Source: Candidatus Saccharimonadota bacterium
GTDB lineage: Bacteria; Patescibacteriota; Saccharimonadia; Saccharimonadales; HK-STAS-PATE-42
DNA length: 64,000 nt
Direction: 5' to 3'
Assembly: GCA_036826375.1 (NCBI GenBank)
Contig: DAISWL010000001.1
Coordinates: forward strand, 104,201-168,200
Under the pieces are notes generated by a model. That model was not told the origin of the DNA. It searched no databases and saw only the letters and a list, made by a program, of their open reading frames with translations. Numbering within the stretch: position 1 is the stretch's first letter; each line of letters opens with the position of its first letter. This document shows positions 37,634 through 48,400 of this stretch, piece after piece. Both the position numbers and the translations under genes were made by a program.

Positions 37634-38779
37634 CTAAAATCCCACACCTTTAGGTAGATTGCCATCTTTTTCGCTAGATTGATCACTATAACCGAGTTCT
37701 TTCATTAGTTTAGTTGGAGCATTTCTAAGATGCATCGGAATTGGTGCATTTGGATATTCACTAGCTAAATCTTCAGATTCTTTCATTTTATCGGTAATCT
37801 CACGAGATTTTTTAGAGCGCGCTAAAGCCTCACAGGTATGAAAAAGATTGTAGCGACATTCCGGTAGTCCGATCATCTTGCACGCATCCAGAGTGGCCAC
37901 CGCTAAGCTTAAGGCTCCGTTGCCAGCCAAGCCGATATCCTCACTAGCAAAAATGACCATTCGCCTAGCAATAAAAACTGGATCTTCACCCCCAGCCAAC
38001 ATCCGCGCCATGTAATAACGTGCCGCTTTCGGATCGGAGGCTCGCATACTTTTAATGAAGGCGCTGGTGGTATCGTAATGCTGATCGCCCAACTTATCGT
38101 AAGCCTGCCTGGCTTGATGCGAAGCTAATAATTCATTAACTTTTTTAGGAGTGATCAATCCGGATTGGTTGAGGTTATCTAGGGCTTCCATGTTTCCGAG
38201 AGCAACTCTGGCATCGCCTCCGCTAGCATCAGCAATTAAGTTTAACGATTCCCCACTGAACTTCGATTTAAGTTTAGCTTGAGCTCGTTTTAAAATCTTT
38301 AAAAGATCTTCGGGATTATGCGGTTTTAAAACTAGAACTCGGGAGCGACTAATCAGCGGAGTTATAATCTCGAAACTTGGGTTTTCAGTAGTTGCTCCAA
38401 AAAAGATTAGCCGCCCGCTTTCAACAAACGGGAGCAGTGTATCTTGCTGAGCTTTATTGAATCGGTGGATTTCATCAACAAAAAGAATAGTTTTTTGACC
38501 CAGATTCTGGTTGATTTCGGCCGTTTTAGCCGCTTCGGTTATATCTTTTTTACTAGCCGTAACCGCGCTTAATTCAATTAATTCTGTATTTTCAAGATCG
38601 GCGATTATCGCTCTGGCGAGAGTAGTTTTACCACTTCCCGGAGGCCCCCATAAAATTAAGTTTAGCGGTTTTTGACTTTGAATAACCTGAGTTAGAATTT
38701 TAGTCTGACCAATAAGATGCCCCTGCCCAATGACATCTTTTAGGCTTTTTGGACGCATAATCTCTGCAAATGGTTTCAT
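37634..38779 (-). CDS. rarA: replication-associated recombination protein A (RarA/MgsA AAA+ ATPase)
   Basis: LWGPPGSGKTTLARAI, FVDEIHRFNKAQQD and a C-terminal MgsA-type helical domain. Confidence 0.9.
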   Translation of the reverse strand: MKPFAEIMRPKSLKDVIGQGHLIGQTKILTQVIQSQKPLNLILWGPPGSGKTTLARAIIADLENTELIELSAVTASKKDITEAAKTAEINQNLGQKTILFVDEIHRFNKAQQDTLLPFVESGRLIFFGATTENPSFEIITPLISRSRVLVLKPHNPEDLLKILKRAQAKLKSKFSGESLNLIADASGGDARVALGNMEALDNLNQSGLITPKKVNELLASHQARQAYDKLGDQHYDTTSAFIKSMRASDPKAARYYMARMLAGGEDPVFIARRMVIFASEDIGLAGNGALSLAVATLDACKMIGLPECRYNLFHTCEALARSKKSREITDKMKESEDLASEYPNAPIPMHLRNAPTKLMKELGYSDQSSEKDGNLPKGVGF

Positions 38780-38825
38780 TAAGCTTAATTATCGCATAGT
38801 TTAAATCTAGATTTTAGTAAATAAA

Positions 38826-39743
38826 TCAGCCGTGCCTGAAAATATGAAAATGTTTGTGGTGCTCCCCTTTGTGATGCTCAATAACATACACTCCCAGCAT
38901 TATTAAACTAGCTCCGATAATCATTTCTTTAGAGATCTTCTCCCCTAGCAGGATAATTGGCACTACAATTGAAGCTAGAGTCGAAAGGTAGCTTAAAATT
39001 GCGATTACCGCTGGGCCCAGTTTTTCATAGACCCTAATATCTACCGGCCTTAGAGCAAAACCTATAACTAAACCCGAAAAAGATGCGCCGCAAAGAAGAT
39101 TAATTTCTTTAAATTGACCGACCCCATTACCTAATGATTTAGAACTAAGTATCCCGAATATAAGTAAACAAACCAAGGAACTAATTCCTATCAAGGTAAC
39201 CATCCTCATGCCCGCCAAATTAGCTTTCTTACCATTTATTACAATACCGGCATTAAACACTGACTGCAACAAAAGTAGTACAGTAGCAGTACCGTAAAAA
39301 CTAAATTCTAAGTTTTGCTTAACCGCAATTGGCAATATGAAGATCAATAGGGTACCCGCAACTGCAAGGCCCAGGCCAGCTAAAGATTTAGCCTCAACCC
39401 TCCCCTTATCAACAAGAACTGAGATAACCACGAATACTATAGGGCTAATCAGAGTTATTATCGCAACGTAACTAGCCTGGCTCAATCTGATAGCCCAGCT
39501 ATAGCAGAAGACAGCCGCAGCTAAATTTAAACCCATTAAAACTGCATATTTTAAGTTAATCTTATTTATAAATCTAGATTGAATAAAAATAAATGGCAAA
39601 GATACTAGAGCTGTAATCCCAAATCTTAAAAAATTATATATATTAGGATCTATGCCCCCGTTAAAAACATACTTCATAGCTGTAACATGCAGGGATCCTA
39701 TTAAACTAGCGGCTATGCCTATGATTAAATATTTTTGCTTCAT
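38826..39743 (-). CDS. EamA/DMT-superfamily transporter
   Basis: 10 TM helices in two EamA-like halves, with a His-rich C-terminal tail. Confidence 0.75.
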   Translation of the reverse strand: MKQKYLIIGIAASLIGSLHVTAMKYVFNGGIDPNIYNFLRFGITALVSLPFIFIQSRFINKINLKYAVLMGLNLAAAVFCYSWAIRLSQASYVAIITLISPIVFVVISVLVDKGRVEAKSLAGLGLAVAGTLLIFILPIAVKQNLEFSFYGTATVLLLLQSVFNAGIVINGKKANLAGMRMVTLIGISSLVCLLIFGILSSKSLGNGVGQFKEINLLCGASFSGLVIGFALRPVDIRVYEKLGPAVIAILSYLSTLASIVVPIILLGEKISKEMIIGASLIMLGVYVIEHHKGEHHKHFHIFRHG

Positions 39744-39813
39744 ACCTATACTGATTTTTTATTAAGTTTAAATTTATTGAATTTCATCTGTAACATTCTA
39801 GCATAACGAATCG

Positions 39814-40278
39814 CTAAAGCTTAATCTGTTTTCTATCATCATAGAATTTGCCATTTTGATCGTAGTTATCAGAATTTATCCAAGAATCTATAATTTTAGC
39901 CTTGTATAACCTTGTTGGAAAGTCACTACAGCAATCACTTAAGCTTAATTTGAAGGTTTTGGCCTTTTGGTTATAAAGTTTAATCCCCTGTTCAATCCCT
40001 TGAGCGGAGTCGATCTCTTGTGCTTGAGCTGCAAAATAGAGCCCAAAACCCTCACCTTCCCTATCCTGGCTATCGAAAATTGTAATGAAACATCTTTTAT
40101 TAAGTTTAAGATTCTTAGAATGCTCAGAATTTTTAGGCGACCACCAGTATATAAATTTTGAGATTGGATCGTACACAAAAAACAGAGGTGAGCCCCAAGG
40201 CTGGCCATTTTTTGAAACAGTACTTAAGTTTAAATAGAGATTACGCTCCAACAGCTTTTCTAGTTTGTGCATTTCCAT
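39814..40278 (-). CDS. pyridoxamine 5'-phosphate oxidase-family (FMN-binding split-barrel) protein
   Basis: LYLNLSTVSKNGQPWGSPLFFVYD ... FGLYFAAQAQEI pattern. Confidence 0.7.
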   Translation of the reverse strand: MEMHKLEKLLERNLYLNLSTVSKNGQPWGSPLFFVYDPISKFIYWWSPKNSEHSKNLKLNKRCFITIFDSQDREGEGFGLYFAAQAQEIDSAQGIEQGIKLYNQKAKTFKLSLSDCCSDFPTRLYKAKIIDSWINSDNYDQNGKFYDDRKQIKL

Positions 40279-40368
40279 ACACAGTGATTATAGCATAAGC
40301 ACAAAACCTGTGGAAAAGTGTTGTGTGAAAAGTGCACACAAATTTCAAAAAGGTGCTACAATAGGGGC

Positions 40369-41172
40369 ATGGGTGATGAGAAGAAGGATATAATGCGAGA
40401 ATATCTTTCTTCTCTAAACGTTCCCGCCGATATTGCCGAAATATACGTTACCCTTAAGCTTAATGGACCTCAAACTCTTTCCGCCTTAAGCCGTTTGACT
40501 AAAATTGAAAGAACAAAATTATATAGGTTAGTAGATGGGATGTTAGATTCCAATCTGTTTGAAATTGAAACTGAAAGTAAGCGGAATCTTGTTTCCGCCG
40601 CCCCAGTTGAGAACTTGCAACTGCTAGTTCAAAAAAAGATTGACGAAGCCAATTCTGCCCAAAAACAGTTTAATTCTATTAAAGAATTGTTTAATTCAAC
40701 CCAGCTAAAAGCTGGTAATGCTAAAATTAGAATCTATAATGGAACTGAGGGGATAAAACAGCTTAAACTTAAGCAACTACGTGCAAAAAAACCTGATGCA
40801 CTAACCATTGTTAACTCGCCCGTTAGTTCGGTTGTTGGCGTTGAATTTTTTAGCAAGTGGATTTCCACCGCTAACCAGAAAAATATTAAGTTTAAATTGC
40901 TATTTAATAACAACTTTAAAGAATTATCTAGCCTATGGAGAAAAAACCACCAAAAATATGATATTCCTAAGTTTAAGGATGCCGAGACTAAGCTTATCTA
41001 CCCATTCCAATTCAAAATTGAAACCAACATCGATATTTGGGATGACACCGTTGTTTTCTATAATTGGGATAACCCTGATGACATTCATGCTATAGAAATT
41101 GAGAGTAAGGAAATCGCCAGCATCCACCGCCAAAATTTTGAGATGTTGTGGAATACCGTTAAGCCAACTTAA
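40369..41172 (+). CDS. TrmB-family transcriptional regulator (paralog of 3719..4510)
   Basis: HTH ADIAEIYVTLKLNGPQTLSALSRLTKIERTKLYRLVDGMLDSNLF. The extended -10 TGCTACAAT ends 6 nt before ATG 40369. An alternative start is Met at 40393. Confidence 0.75.
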   Translation: MGDEKKDIMREYLSSLNVPADIAEIYVTLKLNGPQTLSALSRLTKIERTKLYRLVDGMLDSNLFEIETESKRNLVSAAPVENLQLLVQKKIDEANSAQKQFNSIKELFNSTQLKAGNAKIRIYNGTEGIKQLKLKQLRAKKPDALTIVNSPVSSVVGVEFFSKWISTANQKNIKFKLLFNNNFKELSSLWRKNHQKYDIPKFKDAETKLIYPFQFKIETNIDIWDDTVVFYNWDNPDDIHAIEIESKEIASIHRQNFEMLWNTVKPT

Positions 41173-41174
41173 GC

Positions 41175-42104
41175 TTAGTGGCTATTAAGAATATTCGCAA
41201 AAGATATTGCGCTTTCAACTATTAAAAGCTCTAAGGGCTGGCAGTTAAGTTTAGTATCTGCAACCTCTAAGCACTTATAGTAAGCCTGCTTTCTTTCTTT
41301 AACTATGACCGGTGGCACTATACCGTACTTCAAGGATTGAATAAATATTATCAACCTACCCAGCCTACCGTTACCATCTGTAAATGGATGTATCTTTTCA
41401 AAAACTGCATGTTGGCGGGCAGCATTAGTTAGAATATCGTTACCAGATGCATTTAAATCGTCGATTAGATCTAGCATTAATTCAGAAACTCTTAGATGAC
41501 TAGCTAGTACTACGCGACTACCCGCTATTTTAACTCCGTGGTTGCGATATTTACCTGCACTAGAAATTAGAGTATTCATGAGCCTTAAGTGCGTTCCAAG
41601 TATTATATCCTGATTCCACTTAAAACTTTCACCCTTTAAATTAAGCTCATCTAACAAATAAAATAGTGCTGCGCGGTGGTTGCGAGCCTCTGTTTGCTCC
41701 TGAGCGGTTTTATTAGAAAGAACTCTAGCGTCATCTTCCAACACGCGTTTAACATCGGCAACTGTCATAGTACTACCTTCTATAGTGTTGGTATGGTAAG
41801 TTAAATGAATGGTTATTTTATCTAATAGTTTCTGATCAGCAATAATATCTTTGACTTTAATTTTATTATCAAGAGCCTGCTTTTTAAGATTGGCTAGAGT
41901 GTCTAAATCTACTTCTGAACTTCCTATCACATCTAGATGTAGCTTTTCTATAGCATCTAAAGCTTTTGCTCGAGGCTCACTTCTGGCATTTACCCAAGAG
42001 TTTAAGGTAGAAAAGCTAACACCCAGTTTATAAGCCAGTTGCTCTTGGCTTAGCTCGGAGCTTCTGAGTATCTCTTTAAGTTTAGTGGATGTGGTACTGT
42101 TCAT
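41175..42104 (-). CDS. Fic-domain protein with N-terminal XRE-type HTH
   Basis: Fic motif HPFTDGNGRLGRL, with N-terminal LSQEQLAYKLGVSFSTLNSWVN. Confidence 0.9.
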   Translation of the reverse strand: MNSTTSTKLKEILRSSELSQEQLAYKLGVSFSTLNSWVNARSEPRAKALDAIEKLHLDVIGSSEVDLDTLANLKKQALDNKIKVKDIIADQKLLDKITIHLTYHTNTIEGSTMTVADVKRVLEDDARVLSNKTAQEQTEARNHRAALFYLLDELNLKGESFKWNQDIILGTHLRLMNTLISSAGKYRNHGVKIAGSRVVLASHLRVSELMLDLIDDLNASGNDILTNAARQHAVFEKIHPFTDGNGRLGRLIIFIQSLKYGIVPPVIVKERKQAYYKCLEVADTKLNCQPLELLIVESAISFANILNSH

Positions 42105-42158
42105 AACACTATAGAGTTTAGCACAACTCTATAGTGTTTGCAAATACACTATAGAGTT
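42105..42158. promoter_or_regulatory. three copies of a 13-14-bp operator-like repeat AACACTATAGAGTT
   Basis: 42105-42118 is AACACTATAGAGTT, 42125-42138 is its exact inverted copy AACTCTATAGTGTT, and 42146-42158 is ACACTATAGAGTT. The block abuts the fic start codon. Confidence 0.6.
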
Positions 42159-42264
42159 AACCTTAAGTTTCGGGTTGGAATCTGATGATTTACATTAACT
42201 AACTACGAGTTAATAGGCTACTTAGCACTTAGGATAAGATGTCTACAACTCTGTTTAATGCTAA

Positions 42265-43664
<1,400 letters not shown>

Positions 43665-43686
43665 GGTAATTTATCTTAGTTTTTTA

Positions 43687-43833
43687 TTAACGCTTTTTAG
43701 AACGCTGCAGAGTTCTACCAGAAACCTGTTTCTTTTTGTTCGCAGCTCTAGTATCTGGTATTTCCTCAAAGAATAGTTTAACTTTTGCTAAAATTGATTG
43801 TTTCTTCAGTTTAACTTTACTAGTTTTTGCCAT
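43687..43833 (-). CDS. small basic hypothetical protein (48 aa from Met13)
   Basis: MAKTSKVKLKKQSILAKVKLFFEEIPDTRAANKKKQVSGRTLQRSKKR is highly basic and lies last in the rpsB-uppS row. I do not recognise a family. Confidence 0.3.
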   Translation of the reverse strand: MAKTSKVKLKKQSILAKVKLFFEEIPDTRAANKKKQVSGRTLQRSKKR

Positions 43834-43910
43834 AATTAGTATTTTATCAAACCAAAAGCGTTTTGTCAAGCTTAAGCTTAATATAAACGGATTAAGTCAA
43901 TAATAATCTT

Positions 43911-44633
43911 TTATTTACCGAACCTACGAGAACGCTTGGCATAATCATCTAGAGCTTTATGAAGATCTTCTGGCCCAAAATCTGGCCAATTAACATCGGT
44001 AAAATAGAATTCTGAATAAGCTGATCTCCACAACATAAAGTTACTGAGCCTCTGCTCGCCAGAGGTTCTAATGATTAAATCTAACTTAGGGATATCGGGA
44101 ACAAAAAGATGTTCAGCCACCAACTTATCATCTATGTTTTCTGGCGAGATATTAAGCTTAACAATTGATTTAATCGCCTCTGTAATCTCGCTATATCCAC
44201 CGTAGTTAAAACAGAGACCAAGAGTACCTTTTTGGTTATCTTTAGTTATATCAACTGCATATTCAATCGCTTCTATAATTTTAGGATCAAGACCATCTTT
44301 TACTCCTAGCCATTCTATCTTAATGCCCTGTTTGCTTAGCTCCAAAGCGTCTTGCTTGAAGAACTTAAGTACTAAACGCATTAAGTATGATACTTCTTGT
44401 TGTGATCTACTCCAGTTTTCAGTTGAAAAAATGTAAGCACTAACATATTTCACGCCACGTTTAAAAGCAGCTTCTGATACTCGCTTTAAGTTGTTATAGC
44501 CCTTTTTATGCCCTTCGAGAGATGGTAGCCCTAAATTTTTCGCCCACCTGCGATTGCCATCAAGTATTAATCCTAGGTGATTAGGTGCAGTTGCTTCGGG
44601 CGAATGACTTGTTTGAGATTCAACCTTTACCAT
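43911..44633 (-). CDS. uppS: isoprenyl transferase (undecaprenyl-diphosphate synthase)
   Basis: GLILDGNRRWA and IRTSGEQRLSNFMLWRSAYSEF. Confidence 0.93.
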   Translation of the reverse strand: MVKVESQTSHSPEATAPNHLGLILDGNRRWAKNLGLPSLEGHKKGYNNLKRVSEAAFKRGVKYVSAYIFSTENWSRSQQEVSYLMRLVLKFFKQDALELSKQGIKIEWLGVKDGLDPKIIEAIEYAVDITKDNQKGTLGLCFNYGGYSEITEAIKSIVKLNISPENIDDKLVAEHLFVPDIPKLDLIIRTSGEQRLSNFMLWRSAYSEFYFTDVNWPDFGPEDLHKALDDYAKRSRRFGK

Positions 44634-44737
44634 CTTATTTCTAAAGATTAGCCCCGTGGTTAATGTTAAGATTTATAGTATTTTAACTTAAAAACTTAAC
44701 TTATAATTTTATTATATGGCATCTAAATGATGTCCAT

Positions 44738-45289
44738 TTAGACAGTCATTATCTCAGCTTCTTTGGCCTTTATGGCATCGTCGATGCTTTTATTGGATTT
44801 CTCTATTTTCTCTGTTATCTCTTTTTCTAAACGCTTTAAATCGTCTTCTGTTATACCTTTAGAGTCTTTTAGCTCTTTAGCATCTTTCAGAAAATCATGG
44901 CGAATTGAGCGGATTGATATTCTCGCTTCTTCTGCTTTAGATCCCAAAATTTTAACCATTTCCTGACGCCTCTCAGTAGTTAGAGGAGGTATTGGCACTC
45001 TAATTAACCTGCCGTCATCTGATGGATTCATGCCTAGAGAAGGGTTATCCCTGATCGCTTTAGATATAGCCTCGATGTTGCTAGGGTCAAATGGTGATAT
45101 TTGCAATAACTGAGGCTCAGGAGTTGTAACGTTAGCAAGCTGATTTAGGGGCATTTGAGCCCCATAGGCATCTACCATTAGCCCAGAGATCATATCGGGA
45201 TGCGCTCTACCGGTACGAACCTTCTTAAGCTCTTCCTGAAGATGCTCAATAGAAGTCTTTATTTTAAGTTCAATCTCTGATGTATCCAT
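44738..45289 (-). CDS. frr: ribosome recycling factor
   Basis: 183 aa with ...KVRTGRAHPDMISGLMVDAYG...IRVPIPPLTTERRQEMVK. Confidence 0.95.
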   Translation of the reverse strand: MDTSEIELKIKTSIEHLQEELKKVRTGRAHPDMISGLMVDAYGAQMPLNQLANVTTPEPQLLQISPFDPSNIEAISKAIRDNPSLGMNPSDDGRLIRVPIPPLTTERRQEMVKILGSKAEEARISIRSIRHDFLKDAKELKDSKGITEDDLKRLEKEITEKIEKSNKSIDDAIKAKEAEIMTV

Positions 45290-45321
45290 TTTTACCCCGT
45301 TAGATTAATTAATAATTAAGG

Positions 45322-45918
45322 TTAGTTGACTTGGCCGATTTCAACTCTTGCCATTTTTCTGACGACGATGTTCTCACCCAGTTTAGCGACATGCTCCTTA
45401 ACTAGATCTCCCACTGTTTGATCTGGGTTCTTGATGTAAGCCTGATCTAACAAACATCTCTCAGAAAAGTATTTATTGAGCATGCCTTCGATGATTTTAT
45501 CAGCCATTTCAGCTGGCTTACCTTCAGCTACAACCTTATCTTTAAATTCTTTAGCCTTTTCTTCTCTATCTGAAGAAGGGATTTCATCGTTAGAAACATA
45601 TTCGGGAGAGCTAGCAGCGATATGCATTGCGATATCATGAGCTAGAGTTTTGAAATCATCTGTTCTGGCTACGAAATCAGTTTCGCAGTTGAGTTCAATT
45701 AGAACTCCGATTCTGCTTTCATGGACATAAGAATCTACAATGCCCTGACGAGCCTCACGCTCACCCTTTTTTTCTGCTCTGGTTAAACCTTTTTTACGCA
45801 TTGCATCTAGGGCTTTATCGAAATCGCCATCGGCTTCAGTTAGAGCTTTTTTGGCATCTGTTAAGCCTACACCTGTTAAATTTTTTAATCTTTTAATTTC
45901 TTCAATTGAAACTGCCAT
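45322..45918 (-). CDS. tsf: translation elongation factor Ts (short form)
   Basis: IKRLKNLTGVGLTDAKKALTEADGDFDKALDAMRKKG (UBA-like N-terminus) and ELNCETDFVART. 198 aa. Confidence 0.93.
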   Translation of the reverse strand: MAVSIEEIKRLKNLTGVGLTDAKKALTEADGDFDKALDAMRKKGLTRAEKKGEREARQGIVDSYVHESRIGVLIELNCETDFVARTDDFKTLAHDIAMHIAASSPEYVSNDEIPSSDREEKAKEFKDKVVAEGKPAEMADKIIEGMLNKYFSERCLLDQAYIKNPDQTVGDLVKEHVAKLGENIVVRKMARVEIGQVN

Positions 45919-45979
45919 TTGTTTTTCTCCTTAACTCTGTATCAGATATTAATTAATATTAGATTTTTAAAATAGTTAA

Positions 45980-46681
45980 TTATTTTTCGGCTACTGCGGG
46001 ACTTTTGGAATCAATTGCTGAAGCCAAGTAGGTCATGATTAAATCTATAGATTTAATTGCGTCATCATTAGCTGGTATAGCGATATCAACTACATCTGGG
46101 TTGGCATTGCTATCTACAATTCCAATTACTGGTATACCCTTCTTTTTAGCTTCTTTTATCGCGATATCGTCAATGATGACATCGGAGACAACCATTACGG
46201 CAGGAAGGGCTTGCATATCTTTGATTCCGCCATAAAAGTTGTTCATCTTATCTGATTTTTCTTGGAAACGTTGAATTTCAAGTTTAGAATATTTAGCCTG
46301 AATCTCACCACTAGCAAGTTGAGATTCTATCTTCTTAAGTTTAGCTATTTGCTGCTGAGTAGTTGAAAAGTTGGTCAAAATTCCGCCCATCCATCTTTCT
46401 GATACATAAGGCATGCTAACTGATTCTGCTATTTTTTTAACAGCATCTTTAGCCTGACTTTTTGTACCAACGAAGATTACTGTTTTGCCGCCCTTTGTTG
46501 ATTTAGCAATCAGCTTTTGAGCTTCCTCAATAGCCTCAACTGTATTTTCTAGGTTAATAATATGGATACCATCTTTTTTGGAATGGATATACTTAGCCAT
46601 TTTAGGATGCCAAGCACTGGTTTTATGCCCAAAATAAGCACCTGATTCAAATAATTTCTTAATATCTATTGCGTCTGCCAT
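45980..46681 (-). CDS. rpsB: 30S ribosomal protein S2
   Basis: GAYFGHKTSAWHPKMAKYI ... ERWMGGILTNF. Confidence 0.96.
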   Translation of the reverse strand: MADAIDIKKLFESGAYFGHKTSAWHPKMAKYIHSKKDGIHIINLENTVEAIEEAQKLIAKSTKGGKTVIFVGTKSQAKDAVKKIAESVSMPYVSERWMGGILTNFSTTQQQIAKLKKIESQLASGEIQAKYSKLEIQRFQEKSDKMNNFYGGIKDMQALPAVMVVSDVIIDDIAIKEAKKKGIPVIGIVDSNANPDVVDIAIPANDDAIKSIDLIMTYLASAIDSKSPAVAEK

Positions 46682-46715
46682 TGTTCTTAATACCTCTTCC
46701 CTTTCTTACAGGATT

Positions 46716-46802
46716 CAAAGATCTCGACTCGTTTTAGGCTCTTAATTTTGATATTCACCACTGTGCCTGGAACGAGAGAACTTGGCTTATTTGAGATCTT
46801 TG
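46716..46802 (-). promoter_or_regulatory. candidate structured 5' leader of rpsB
   Basis: Nested helices: CAAAGATCTC (46716-46725) pairs with GAGATCTTTG (46793-46802), with inner pairs CTCGTT/AACGAG and AGGC/GCCT. The element lies about 35 nt upstream of the rpsB start. Confidence 0.4.
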
Positions 46803-46891
46803 CCGTTATAGTTTGATTTAACCAATTAAGTTTAACATAAAATTTTCAACTTGACCAGTGTCGATGATTTCTGCTAAACTGTAAATCAGTT

Positions 46892-47227
46892 ATGAAAAAA
46901 GATATACACCCAACAGATTACCAAGTTATCATCGTTGAAGATACTTCCAACGGTAATCGCTTTTTAACAAAAGCTACTTTAGGAAAAAAGCAGATTAAAG
47001 ACACTGCCAAATGGGAAGATGGCAACGAATACCCAGTATTAAAGGTTCATATTTCTAGTACATCTCACCCGTTCTTTACAGGCGAAGAAAGAGTTATAGA
47101 TGTTGAAGGCCGCGTAGATAAGTTCAAAGCTCGTGCCGAAGCTGCCAAACTAAAGCAAGAATCTATGATTAATAAGGCGAAGAAGGAAGCTGGACGTAAA
47201 TCGAAAACAGAGCAAACAGAAAATTAA
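46892..47227 (+). CDS. rpmE: 50S ribosomal protein L31, type B, with Lys-rich C-terminal extension
   Basis: MKKDIHPTDYQV...HPFFTG, without the CxxC zinc motif. 111 aa. Confidence 0.9.
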   Translation: MKKDIHPTDYQVIIVEDTSNGNRFLTKATLGKKQIKDTAKWEDGNEYPVLKVHISSTSHPFFTGEERVIDVEGRVDKFKARAEAAKLKQESMINKAKKEAGRKSKTEQTEN

Positions 47228-47331
47228 CTGAATTAAACTTAATAAGATGCTTGAAATCGGCCAATTAAACTTAATATAGTTTATTGACCAAGAAGGCATC
47301 TTTTTTGTTAGAATATAGTGAAGATTATTTT

Positions 47332-48396
47332 ATGGAAATTGAACAAGATTTAAGGAAAGAGCTAGCCGAAGTTAGAGCCTACATCTCTGATCCGAATGCA
47401 TTTAGCAAATCTGATTTTGCATCTAAAAATAAAAGATTTGGAGAATTAGAGAAGATAGTAGAGCTCTTTGAGCAAAAAAATAGATCACTTAATGCCATCG
47501 ATGACGCCAAGGTTATGATCTCTGGTTCGGATAAGGAACTCAGGGAGCTGGCTGAACTAGAGCTTAGCGAACAGACTGAAAAGTTAAATGAGATAGATCA
47601 ACAAATTCGCTTAAGTTTAATTCCTAAAGATCCTAACGATGAAAAGAATTGTATTGTAGAGATTAGAGCTGGCGCCGGTGGCGATGAAGCTTCTTTATTT
47701 GCGGCTGAGCTTCTTCGAATGTATTTAAGATACTGCGAGAGACTTAAGCTTAAAGTTGATATGATGGATGAAACTCCGAATGATGCTGGTGGATACAAAG
47801 AGGCTATCTTTGAAGTTAAAGGTAATTCGCCCTATGCTAAACTTAAATTTGAATCTGGCGTCCATAGGGTTCAACGCGTACCCGCAACTGAAAGCCAGGG
47901 TAGGATTCACACCTCCACTGTGACGGTAGCCGTAATGCCCGAAGCTGAGGAGGCAGATATAAAAATTAATGATTCTGACATTAGGGTTGATGTTTACCGT
48001 AGTTCCGGACACGGCGGACAAAGTGTTAATACTACTGATTCTGCCGTTAGAATCACTCACCTATCTACCGGTTTGGTGGTGACGTGCCAAGATGGCAAAA
48101 ACCAGCTGAAGAATAAAGAGAAGGCTCTTTCAGTTTTGAGGTCACGATTAATGCAAATTGAGATTGATAAAAAGATGGCAGAAGAAAGTGAAGCTAAGAG
48201 AAAATTAATAGGTAGTGGGGATAGAAGTGAAAAGATTAGAACTTATAATTTTCCGCAAGATAGAATCACTGATCATCGTATAGGCTATAGCCGATCGAAC
48301 ATGCCCGATGTGCTAGCTGGAAATTTTGATGATATAACCGATCACTTGGTTAAAGCTGAACTGGAGAATATAGAATCTACAGTTGGCCTGAAGTAA
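47332..48396 (+). CDS. prfA: peptide chain release factor 1
   Basis: The PAT tripeptide (VPATESQGRIHTS) and GGQ (SGHGGQSVNTT). I placed the start at Met17 of the track ORF, which itself begins at TTG 47284. Confidence 0.93.
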   Translation: MEIEQDLRKELAEVRAYISDPNAFSKSDFASKNKRFGELEKIVELFEQKNRSLNAIDDAKVMISGSDKELRELAELELSEQTEKLNEIDQQIRLSLIPKDPNDEKNCIVEIRAGAGGDEASLFAAELLRMYLRYCERLKLKVDMMDETPNDAGGYKEAIFEVKGNSPYAKLKFESGVHRVQRVPATESQGRIHTSTVTVAVMPEAEEADIKINDSDIRVDVYRSSGHGGQSVNTTDSAVRITHLSTGLVVTCQDGKNQLKNKEKALSVLRSRLMQIEIDKKMAEESEAKRKLIGSGDRSEKIRTYNFPQDRITDHRIGYSRSNMPDVLAGNFDDITDHLVKAELENIESTVGLK

Positions 48397-48400
48397 CAAT

